From Sminthopsis crassicaudata (lineage: Eukaryota), in NCBI RefSeq assembly GCF_048593235.1, contig NC_133620.1:442523261-442587260 (forward strand): a stretch of DNA of 64,000 nt. The letters run 5' to 3'. Below, piece by piece: positions 22,838 through 32,411 of this stretch. The notes below the pieces were generated by a model. It was given only the letters and a program-made list of their open reading frames with translations, was not told the origin of the DNA and did no database searches. Positions within the stretch are counted from its first letter, which is position 1, and each line of letters begins with the position of its first letter. The translations under genes were made by a program, and so were the position numbers.

Positions 22838-25612
22838 TGTGTGCATGCATTTTTATAATTCAAATGTATTGCACTTATCTGTACAATATGCACACACATA
22901 TACATACATAAATATATGTATATTTGTAAGACCTTTATATTCAAGGGGCCATAATAGTAGTTAGTGGACACGTTAAAATTAGGTAACTGAGCTGGAAATG
23001 ACTTCATTTGCTCCCTAAATGGAGCAAAGTCATCAATTGTCCCCACTGTGCGCTCAACTCTAGATATATTCAGAAAGAGTTGGGGAATATGGATTGAAAT
23101 GGGACAATAGGGAGATGAATGAGAATAAAACAAGTGGTCAGGTCATTGTGCTTCTGTTACACTCAAGAGTAATGAGGAATGCATTCATACAATCATTCCT
23201 GTCTCTTTTAGATGAGCTTCCCCAAACAGAGGGCCTGGGGGCAAGTGAAGCAGCTGAAAGACTGGGCCAGGGTTGTGTGTGGGATATGGCTGGGGAAGAT
23301 GGCCATCGTGTGAAGGTGTTCCGAACAGGACATCAGGAGCTTCGAGTAGATATGACAATCATTGAACCCTATAAGAAGGTCCTGTCTCATGGAGGTAACA
23401 GATGACAAAAGGATAAATATAGGAGCTGGGTTCTTTATAATTAATAATATTTAAGCTGAGAACCATCAGTTCCCTCTATCATTCTAATTTACTCAATGCT
23501 CTGTCCCTTTCCCACTTGGTCTGCTCTCAAGCTACTTCTCTCAGACTTCACTAATTCTCTTTTCCTTCCTGTCTCTAATCCTATTCTCCCCAGGTTACCA
23601 TGGTGATGGCCTCAATGCTGTTATCCTTTTTGCTTCCTGCTACTTACCTAGAAGCAGCATCCCTAACTACAGTTATGTCATGGAGCACCTCTTTAGGTGA
23701 GAAGGGAAGCCTGAAAAACTGGGAAGAGTGGACTGAGGGAGGGAAAAGGAATCAGGAAGATCTCAACCTAATCAGTAATTAGCTTCACACTACTTTCTCC
23801 TTTTCACTGCCCCTCTCTCTTCACCAGGTACATAGTGGGGACTCTAGAACTACTAGTTGCTGAGAATTACCTGCTTGTCCATCTGAGTGGAGGAACCAGC
23901 CGAGATCAGGTACCTACTCTGAGCTGGATCCGCCAATGTTACCGTACCCTGGACCGACGGTGAGGAACTTGGAAAGATCTTACCCACCCATTCCTTTCTT
24001 CTCTGATCCCATTTCTTTCTCCCCCCAAAATGTCCCTCACGATGCCTCTCTCTTCCCTTTCCTTTTCTCCTCTGCCTTTTCCCAAATATCCCTCCTCTGA
24101 TTTATATTTTCTCTGTCCCTGCTTTTCAGGCACTTGTTTCCCTTTCCTCTCAGCCTTCCATATTTTCTTTCACTAGATGAATCTGTGCCATTGGAGTTCT
24201 TGTATAAGAACTCAAGGGAATTAAAAGAATGCAAGAGGGAGCAGAGGAGACCCAAGAATGAGGAAGAAAGTAGTCAGCTTCAGAGAGAGGAGTCCAGAGA
24301 ATAGCAAACTGAAAAGTTGTGGGACACAAGTTGGAGTGGATTGGGGACAGGAGGCATTTCAGGAATTTCTTTAGTATGAGAAGGGCATGAAAGACAAAAA
24401 CAGAAGTGAGGGCCTCAGGGTGCAGCTGAGAGGATGAAGATTAGGCCCTCAAAGAAATATTCCTAATGGAGGACTAGAAATGAATGTTGATTAAAGAGGG
24501 GATGATTTGGAAGGTCCAGAAGAGACATCCTTCTGGGTTTGGGGCTCAGATCAAGAATGGGATTATTACACACTTTTTGCTTCAGACTCCGAAAAAACCT
24601 TCGAGCTCTGGTGGTTGTGCACGCCACCTGGTATATGAAGGCACTTCTGGTGATGCTCCGGCCTTTTATCAGGTATTTATCTCTAGGGATATGGACTTCT
24701 TGCTTCTTAGATCCATTGCCCCTTCCTCTTTCTCACATTCAGGGTCCGTACTTTCCCTTCACCCTTCTGGCTCTAACCATACTTTCCTGTCAACCACTAG
24801 CAGACCTCCCTTGTCTATAAAGATGTGTGAGAGGTCCTTCTCTAATCTTAAATATATGTGACCTTTCTTCTTTCCTGAGTTCCAAGTTTAGCAGAAAGGT
24901 TCGTTTTCTGGACAGTCTAGGAGAGCTGGCCCAGCTCATCTCCTTGGAACATATCCACATCCCTGATGCCGTTAGACAGTGAGTTCTAGGAGGGACTTCG
25001 AGGGTGGGAAAAAAGAAGGGAATAAACAGGCAGAATCTTGTGGAGAGATAAGAAGTGGAAGTCCTAGTTCTTAACCTTCTGAACTTCACACTTAAAACTT
25101 AATCAGGAGTCCCAGCACTCATGAGAAAGTGACTTGGGAATTCTCTGTATCTGGTGTGTTGGGTACAGGCTGGGTAAAATCCCAGGGAGACAATACAGAA
25201 TGGCCAGAGGAGGATAGGGTTAGAAGAGAAGGCTCTCCTGAAGTGAGCTTGGGAGGATGGGAGGAACAATGTTTATGGGATCTCAGACTGACAACTAGAA
25301 GGGACCTCAAGGTCACGTACTCTCTTCTCTCTCTGTTCAGGAGGGCGCTGAAGTCTAGAGATTTGGGAGAGTGAGCGCAAAGCCCCATTTGAAACCAAAA
25401 TCCAGTACGTGGGGGAGACTGATCATAGTTTTGAGAGGATATGGAGAGCAGCCAAGGAGTAGAGAAAACTAGAAAGGATTCAGACGTTTATTTACCAGAT
25501 TCACTCCTTCATTCAAGTTCTAGTAGGTTAGGATATGATGCTCCGCTCTGTCCTTTCTCTCTCCCTGCAACCTAGGCTGGACAAGGATCTGCATGGCTCC
25601 AGAGGAACCTAA
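20749..25612 (+). CDS. BNIPL: BNIPL (BNIP2-like, BCH/CRAL-TRIO domain), 346 aa; join(20749..20780,21498..21587,21743..21807,21974..22186,23212..23394,23594..23696,23828..23959,24586..24672,24880..24978,25576..25612)
   Basis: Ten exons sum to 1041 nt in one open frame: MGTLEE...[10 protein letters not shown]|LLPEE...|[10 protein letters not shown]...DDLETPSD|...[17 protein letters not shown]|YHGDGLNAV...|[14 protein letters not shown]...|[12 protein letters not shown]|SKF...HIPDAVRQ|[11 protein letters not shown]. Confidence 0.96.
21498..21587 (+). CDS. BNIPL: BNIPL exon 2
   Basis: tctcag|G ... CCCCG|gtgaga; [13 protein letters not shown]. Confidence 0.9.
21743..21807 (+). CDS. BNIPL: BNIPL exon 3
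   Basis: cccag|ACTG ... ATAG|gtaagg; [14 protein letters not shown]. Confidence 0.92.
21974..22186 (+). CDS. BNIPL: BNIPL exon 4
   Basis: ccccag|GTCCC ... GAAG|gtaggt; [10 protein letters not shown]...GHEFEWE. Confidence 0.94.
22797..22844. repeat. (GT)n/(GC) alternating purine-pyrimidine microsatellite
   Basis: Seen directly. Confidence 0.95.
23212..23394 (+). CDS. BNIPL: BNIPL exon 5
   Basis: ttttag|ATGAG ... GGAG|gtaaca; [17 protein letters not shown]. Confidence 0.95.
23594..23696 (+). CDS. BNIPL: BNIPL exon 6
   Basis: ccccag|GTTAC ... TTTAG|gtgaga; [18 protein letters not shown]. Confidence 0.95.
23828..23959 (+). CDS. BNIPL: BNIPL exon 7
   Basis: caccag|GTAC ... CGACG|gtgagg; [19 protein letters not shown]. 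Confidence 0.95.
24586..24672 (+). CDS. BNIPL: BNIPL exon 8
   Basis: cttcag|ACTC ... ATCAG|gtattt; [16 protein letters not shown]. Confidence 0.95.
24880..24978 (+). CDS. BNIPL: BNIPL exon 9 (rare GAG acceptor)
   Basis: tttcctgag|TTCCAAG ... AGACA|gtgagt; [20 protein letters not shown]. Confidence 0.88.
25576..25612 (+). CDS. BNIPL: BNIPL last coding exon
   Basis: cctag|GCTGGACAAG...ACCTAA; [11 protein letters not shown]. Confidence 0.93.
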
Positions 25613-26007
25613 CACATACCTGGATTGGATAACGGGCCCACAAACCAAAGGAAGAGTCTGCCCTCAAGCTCCTGAATTGATTTACTCTCGCTTTTATATA
25701 CTCCCCAATTTATATACTCTCCTTCTCTGTCTCTGTCTCTTTCTCTCTCTTCCCTAACCCATTCATCCATTTTGGATTTTGCTTTCCAACTCTTCCAAGT
25801 GTTCTTACCTAACAAACCCCAAGCAAGCTGGCCACTTTCCCCTTTACGTTTAAGCCTAAGGAATGGGCTGGACAATGGGCAGCTTCGGACTTACTGCCTG
25901 CAGCCGTACTGGGTCCGGGACTCTCCCGGCATAAGGAGCTGCCTCTCAGCCTGGGCCAGTGTCTCTGTTCTTTATCTTCGTCAAATTCAGATATACAGCT
26001 GCAGCTT

Positions 26008-26013
26008 AATAAA
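26008..26013 (+). terminator. BNIPL polyadenylation signal AATAAA
   Basis: First AATAAA after the BNIPL stop, about 400 nt downstream and just before the C1orf56 CpG island. Confidence 0.7.
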
Positions 26014-26019
26014 GTGAGT

Positions 26020-27100
26020 TACGAGAGAGGACTCGGTTTTGTGAAGGAAACCTCCCCGATCCCCAGTGACAGCCAGTCTCTTTGCCCACTGAGCCCACCC
26101 GCACGGCTTGGGGAAAGGGGCGCTCCGGGGCAGGACCAAGCGGAGACAAAGATGCCATAGGTCGGGGCAGGGGTGGGAGTTCTGAGGCTAGGGCCTGCGG
26201 TTTCCACGCAACGCCCCAGGGGAAGCGTCTCGAGCTGCCGGAGGGGCCCATTTCCCCCTCCCCTGGGGCGCTCGCGTCTTTCCCTCAGTTCAAACGAACC
26301 CGGGAGTCCGGAACGAAAAGGGAGGGAGGGAGAAAGAAGCCGAGCCCCTGTCCCTTCCCGACCCTCCCCTCTCTTCGCCTCCAAACCGCCGAGAAACCCG
26401 TCCTCCCATGATCCCCAGCGACCGCGCGCTACTCTGGGCCCTGTGGCTGTTCCTGGGGGCCCGGGCGGTAAAAGCCAGGGTCCTGGTCCAGAGCCAGCCC
26501 GGAGCGGACTGGGCTGGGGGCGGCGAAGGGGACACCGTCACAGCGGGGATCCTGACCAAGGGCTGGCCCAGCATCGTGAAAAGGGATGAAGCTGCTTCGG
26601 TGGGGAGGACGCGAAATCGCGAGGAAGAAGGCAAGCCGGCAGCTCCCGCCGCCGCCAAGCTCCCGGCAGCCTCGACGTCCTCGGTACCCGGGAACTGGGA
26701 AGGGAGGGGCCTGAAGACAGCTCGGGAGTTAGACGGGGAAGAACAGCAGAAGGAAGACCCAGAAAATGACGAGGACTCAGCGCAGGAGACTGAGGACCCG
26801 GACCAAGAAGCTGACCAGATGGAGACGCAGGGGGAACATTACGAAGACCCAGGGCAGTATCAGGGCCAAGCGCAGGAAACGGAGCAAGAGCAGGACCAGG
26901 AACAGAGCGAGATCCAGGACTTAGAGGAGCAAGAGCAACAAAATGAGAGAGAGGGAGAGGAAGGAGGGCGGGGAGAGGCGCGAGAGCAGTTGCAGGGGCC
27001 CGAGGAGCAAAAGCGGGGGGAAGAGGGCCAAAGGCAAAAGGAGAGAGCCGGAGGGGTGGAGCACAGCCAGGACCAAGAGCTGAAGCAGATTCAGGTTCAC
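26020..27100. promoter_or_regulatory. CpG island over the C1orf56 promoter and 5' coding region
   Basis: Abundant CpG, GC boxes (ggggcaggggt, ggggcgc). Confidence 0.8.
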
Positions 27101-28226
27101 GCGGAGGAGCAGCAGCAGCTGAAAGAGCTGGAACAGCAGCAGGAGCAGGAGCTGGAGCAGCAGCAGCAGCAGGAACTGGAGCAGCAGCAACAGCAGCAGC
27201 AGAATCTAGAGCTGCTGCAGCAGCAGCAAGAACTGGAGCACCAGCAAGAGCTGGAACAGCAGCAGCAGCAGCAGAAGCCGGAGCAGCAGCAGGAGTTGGA
27301 GAACCAGCAGGAGCCCGAGCAGCAGCAGCCGGAGCTGCAGCAGCAGCAGCAGGAGTTGGAGCATTGGGAGCCGAAGCAGCTGCGGCAGCAGCAGCAGAAG
27401 CTGAAACACAAGTTGGAAGAGCAGCAGCTGGAACAGCAGCAGCAGCAGCAGAAGCTAAAACAGGAAATGGAACAGCAACAGCTGGAACAGCAGCAGCAGC
27501 AGCAGGAACTGCAGCAGCAGCAGGAACTGCAGCAGCAGCAGGAACTGGAGCAGCAGCAGCAACTGGAACAGCAGCAACTGGAGCAGCAGCAACTGGAACA
27601 GCAGCAGCAGCAGCAGGAGCTGGAGCTGGAGCAGCAGCAGCAGCAGCAGGAGCTGGAACAGCAGCAGCAGCAGGAGCTGGAGCAGCGGCAGCAGCAGGAG
27701 CTGAAACAGGAGCTGGAACAGCAACAGCTGGAACAGCAGCTGCTGGTACAGCAGCAGCAGCAGCAACAGCAAGAGTTGGAGCAGCAGCAGCAACAGCAGG
27801 AGTTGGAGCAGCAGCAGCAGCAGGAGCTGGAGCAGCAGCAACAGGCGCTGCAACAGCAGCAGCAGCAGCAGGAGCTAGAGCAGCAGCAGCAGCAACAGGA
27901 GCTAGAGCAGCAGAAGCAGCAACAAGAGCTGGAGCAGCAGCAGCAGCAACAGCAGCTGGAGCAGCAGCAGCAGCAACAACAGCATCTGGAGCAGCAGCAG
28001 CAGCAACAACAGGAGCTGCAGCTGGAGCTGGAGCAGCAGCAGGAACAGAAGCCTGAGAAGCCGGAGCAGCCACATATTCAAGAGCAGCTGTGGGAGGATC
28101 AGTGGCAGCAACAGATTCAGAAACTGGCACGGGCACAAGCAAAGGAGCAGCAACAGATTCAAGGGCACATGCAGGAGAAGCAGGCTCCTAAGCAGGCAAA
28201 GATGGGTCTGGGCCCTGGGTCCAGGA
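26408..28226 (+). CDS. C1orf56: C1orf56 5' coding segment (signal peptide plus E/Q repeat); the unspliced frame stops at 28334-28336
   Basis: 642-aa ORF from ATG 26408 in ccatga context. Confidence 0.9.
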
Positions 28227-29652
28227 GTAAGAGCTCAGGATTCTTCCCAGCCTGGGTCTCAGTGTGCCTGAACCATCACCAAGGGAACAGGAATTTTCCA
28301 ACACAATTCCAGCTTCTCTGCGAGGGAAGCACCTAGTGATGCTGGCTTGGGGACCATGGCAATGTCATTGCCCCACAGGTATCATGAGCCGAGTTCGGGG
28401 AGGAAAGATTTTAGATTTCACTGGGCGTCTTAGATCTGGGGCCATGAGCCGCCTGGAGACTCAGCGCCAGCCCTGCACTTATGCCCTCTGCCACTGTAAC
28501 CAAGAGAAGAAAGAGTGTCCTTTAGATCACGCCCTTTGCCGTTCCAGTGCCCCTGGTGCCTGCCAGCACCGTGCTGCTTTGGCCCCACTGGGGAGTCCAG
28601 AAGACAATGTCAATGAAACAACATTTTGGAAACAAGTCCGGGAAGGGCTGGAAGAAGTCTGGGTAGGACTCCAGTCCCTGATGACTAAGGAAAAAAGGGT
28701 GAGCCATCAGGAATCAATGCATGAATGAAAGAATGAGGCATTTACTATTAAGCACTTGCTATGTGTAGAGCACTGGGGATTAAGAAGACAGCCCCTGCTC
28801 TAAAGCTCTCTCATCCAATGAATTACCTGATCCATGGTTGTTACTAGTTTTATATCAATACATGATTTATCATCGTGTGCCAATTATTCATTGAAGTCAG
28901 CATTTTTAGATACTAGTTAAAAGATCAAATAGCTCTTGATTGGTCATTGACTAATCTTTGTGTTGGTCATCATAAATCACTGAAATTGTACAAAGCAATC
29001 ATTGTACAGATTCTTAATAAATGGAAACTGATCCATTGATAATTCCTAGATGTGGATGGATCAATGATTTACCAATAAATATTCACCAGTCAGTGGCTGG
29101 CAACTACCTAGAGTAGCTCAAACAGCATTAACTGACTGGGTAATGATTTATTTTGCACTGACCTAGTATTGTTCCTTAATTTGAGGAGGTATGGGGATGA
29201 AGCCAGATAAAAGGAATATACATTTGTCTTGGTCACTGCCTGTTCTTATTTCTCTCCTTTAATGGATCTCTTTACATAATGTCCAGTGAGAGTATAGATT
29301 TATGCATAAAATGAGTAGACTCCCTTGTATTCTAGTAAGGGTGGAAAGTTTCAAAGCTCTGAATTTTCCCATTTAACACATCTTATAAAATAGTTGTGCA
29401 AGGGGGCAGCTAGGTGGCTCAGTGGATAGAGCACCAGTCCTGAAGTCAGGAGGACTTGAATCCAAATCTGGTCTCAGACACTTAACACTTCCTAGCTGTG
29501 TGACCCTGGGCAAGTCACCCATAGTACCATTAGGGAGAACAGTATCAGTAAGATAGTAGGTGAAGGAAAATCGGGGGAAGGGATAATATATAAATGTAAT
29601 TGTAATTTCCCCCTTTCTCTTCTCTACCTAGACAAAGAGAAACCAGAGGTGA
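26408..29652 (+). CDS. C1orf56: C1orf56/MENT orthologue, secreted, with a large Gln/Glu repeat; the frame is interrupted near 28189-28336. Model if spliced: join(26408..28226,28313..28698,29632..29652), 741 aa
   Basis: The signal-peptide N-terminus MIPSDRALLWALWLFLGARAVKA and AAPAAAKLPAA resemble human MVPAAGALLWVLLL and AGPAAAELLAA. The Cys-rich block WGPWQCHC...GRLR.GA.S.L...PCTY..C.C...ECPLD and FWK.VR.GLE..W lies in a different frame. Terminal exon cctag|ACAAAGAGAAACCAGAGGTGA = TKRNQR* (human ...RNQR*). Syntenic position. Confidence 0.92.
27085..28060 (+). repeat. Interrupted coding CAG/CAA repeat array: (GAG CTG GAG (CAR)n) units
   Basis: Seen directly: more than 20 LEQQ units; longest pure Gln run is 8. 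Confidence 0.97.
28313..28698 (+). CDS. C1orf56: C1orf56 conserved Cys-rich C-terminal segment (frame open from 28231)
   Basis: HLVMLAWGPWQCHCPTG...FWKQVREGLEEVW; donor AGG|gtgagc at 28698/28699. The 5' boundary is uncertain. Confidence 0.85.
29401..29520 (+). mobile_element. WSINE1-like SINE in the C1orf56 intron
   Basis: ggggcagctaggtggctcagtggatagagc...ctgggcaagtcac head and core. Confidence 0.85.
29632..29652 (+). CDS. C1orf56: C1orf56 terminal coding exon TKRNQR*
   Basis: Strong polypyrimidine tract and cctag acceptor, phase 0, conserved RNQR-stop. Confidence 0.88.
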   Translation, partial: TKRNQR

Positions 29653-30269
29653 TGGCCACTCCGTGTCCAGCCCCAGAGGAGGAAGGGGTGTCAGCACCCT
29701 AGTCTCTTTCCCCTTCCACTCCCACTGCTAATTTCCCAGATCCTATAGATATCTTTTGTAAAGTAGTAATGGCTGTTTATAATATAAAAACAAAACAAAA
29801 CTGAACAGAACCTTTTGGTCTTTTATCTTATTGAAGGGGTGGTTGGGCCTACAAGAGGCTGGAGAAATCCCTCTTCCCAAGAAAAGAATCAGGAATTTCT
29901 GCTTAGGTTTCTTCCTTGACTTCCCACTCCCAAGTTATATCCTGAAAAATTATTTATTTTCATATGTCAAGGCTAGTCTGAATCTAAGTCAATCTAAAGT
30001 AAAAGAAAGGAAAAGTAGAGAACAGGAAAGTCAAGGAATTGAGGCCTTTCAGAAGTCATCCCTTCCTTTCCCTGCCTTCATTCTGTCTAGCCCTTCCTTC
30101 AGGCAGGGGAAGTGCCTCATTTGGCTAGATCCACCTTTGTTCCTTACCTGTACCCACAAGGTAAGCCAAGAACCTCCTAAATTCCACCCACCCAAATACA
30201 GCATTCCCTCTCCTTCCCCGCCTCCCCATTCTCACAAACCCCTACACAGAAAGATCATTCTGAAACTTT

Positions 30270-32411
30270 TTGCTGGAGAATTTTTTTTATTTGAAAAAAA
30301 AAAATGTATTTAACAAAGTCTGGCAGTTTGTTTTTTTTTTTTGTTGTTGTTGTTGTTTCTTTGTTTTGATAAATTAAGACTCTCAAACCCACCCCAATCA
30401 CTTCTGGAAGTTGATAGAAGTGATGGGGGAAGGCATAAGTAATATCAAGTGAGTTCCATAAAAGGGAAGGCCAATGGTATAAGAGCTTTCAAAAAGGGAA
30501 GACAAAAAGGAGTGTGGCCAAGACTAGAAATGAAAGCCACCAGTGTTCACAGATCCAGCTGAGCAGACAGTACCTCATCCTTCCAGAACCAAGTCAATTC
30601 CCAGGCAGATTTCTAGTTTCCACTTAGCTTTTGGGGTTAGAATCGAGGCTACCTCTCAAAGCAACCAGAAAGACGAGCCAAGTGTGAATCAGAAAATTAT
30701 TGTGCCACAACAACCGTTGATCTAAAGAGATATTTAAAAAGTAGGAAGAACAGAGTTTTGCAAATGCAAGGGCCTCCCTAGTCAGTGCATATGGAGGCAA
30801 AGTACTTAGAAAGATGGAAGAGCTGAGTCTCGGGCCCTGTGCTGCTAATGGCTCCTCACTTAGTGCCTCCTTCCTACCACAGAGACAGACAACTCCTCGC
30901 CCGAGTGGAGGGTCAGGTTTCAGTTTGGCTTTGTGTCTTCCTCAGTCTTGTTCCCTACCCTTTCAAAAAGGGAAAAAAGCAGAGAACACCGGAAAAAGTT
31001 TGGAGGTATGGAGACATCCACAACACTGGCCTTTTTTTAATCAGGTGGGGAACTACTCATAATTCATCCTAACCCTCACCTGAGTCTGGTATTGCACAGA
31101 AGGAGAACAATATGCACTGGCCCTACCCATCCCAGGGTGCCCTACCAATGCCTTCTGGGACCTCTCTTCCAATAAGCAAGAATGACCACGTCACACAAAC
31201 ATACACCGATCACAGAAACATTAGATACACACATATAGATATTAAAATAAAGTTGTATGGCTTGGAAAGGTGTAGAATCTTGCTAACCTTGACTAGAAGG
31301 GATGCTCTGTCCACAGCCCAGCTGCAGAGACTCTTAAGATGGGCCAGGACTGAAGATCATTGGGGGAAAAAACACTTCTTCAAACCTCAAATCTACTAGG
31401 ATTTATACTCTGAGCAGAACTCTGTCTGCAAGCAGGGCATGTTTCACCGTGAGGTTTCTAGCTACAAATTCAAAGGTAGCCCTCTCTCTCTCTCTCCCAG
31501 GATGCTCAGAAGGTCCTCCCTGAGGTATAACTTCCTTCTGCAGTCCCAGATCTCAACTCCTTTTTCCATTCTCTCCCTCACCTGTGCCAGCAGGGGAGGT
31601 CAATGGAGGTCAAGCCTGATCCTGAAGATTTGACAGAAGGACAAATGTTTAGCACACAGGTGGTTTCTCCCAATTCCCAACCCTGAGAATAGATGCAGTG
31701 GGGATTGTGATAAGTCCTGACATGGCTTGGGGGGTAATTAAGAGAACTGGTCTTAAATTAACTTTTTAATTAAAACAAAGGTGGGAGAGGAGATAATTGG
31801 CAGATAGATACTAATGCTATAGAAACCAGGGTTAAAAGGCCCTAGGTATTCTGAGAGAGGCTGAAATGCTGTGAGCTAAGGAGCTAGAGTCCAAAGGGAG
31901 AAATAAGAGAAGTAGGTGGTCGTCTTCCCCGGACCCTTGCCTGAAATGTGCTTTCAGTCCAGGAAGAGAGCTGCAGAGGATGTGGATGTAGGTAGCGATC
32001 AACAAAGCTGGCCTTAGCTTTGACAATGCAACCCACCTACCCCAAGAGGAGGATTCCTAAGTTAGAGGTCCAAGTTAGAGAACAGCCCAGGGCCCAGACC
32101 ATCATTAAGGAACCTAGACTTCACCCTTGGTTCCTCCCAAGGGTGGGCGTAAGGGCTCCTATCTCAGGTCACTTGGATATCCAAGGCTAGAGCTGGTTAG
32201 CCAGTGGTCATTTGGTCAGTCCTGCTGCCTTGACCCCATCTCCAGGAGGGGCTTGACCAGGGTGGTAGAGAAAGGAGTCCAGGCTCCCAAGCCCTTCTAG
32301 ACACTGATAGGTAGGGAAAACAGAGGGGAAGGTCCCGGGGTCATTGGTTCAGGAAGGGGCAGCATTTCTTCTTAGCTGAGCACAGGACTGGGGATTCCAA
32401 GATGGCAAAAC
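30270..32411 (-). other. CDC42SE1: CDC42SE1 non-coding terminal exon (3'UTR)
   Basis: Minus-strand acceptor cttttcctactcag|GTTTTGCC at 32411; AATAAA on minus at 30286-30291. The cleavage site is approximate. Confidence 0.7.
30286..30291 (-). terminator. CDC42SE1 polyadenylation signal
   Basis: tttatt on + = AATAAA on -, within an AT-rich segment resembling the remembered human 3' end. Confidence 0.65.

Noticed and set aside
26538-28142. 534-aa antisense Ala/Pro/Val ORF and nested poly-Leu, poly-Cys and poly-Ala ORFs
   Set aside because: Shadows of the CAG repeat, which lacks stops in these frames. Listed starts are mostly non-ATG and there is no independent coding signature.
28231-28336. 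Programmed -1 ribosomal frameshift linking the two MENT frames
   Set aside because: The direction fits, but the best heptamer (G AAT TTT at ~28291) does not match X XXY YYZ, and GGGAAC lacks the PEG10-type GGGAAAC. No clear stimulatory structure was seen.
26408-28336. Calling the Q-rich ORF involucrin or trichohyalin
   Set aside because: The signal peptide, flanking motifs, Cys-rich domain, RNQR terminal exon and synteny all identify MENT. The resemblance is compositional only.
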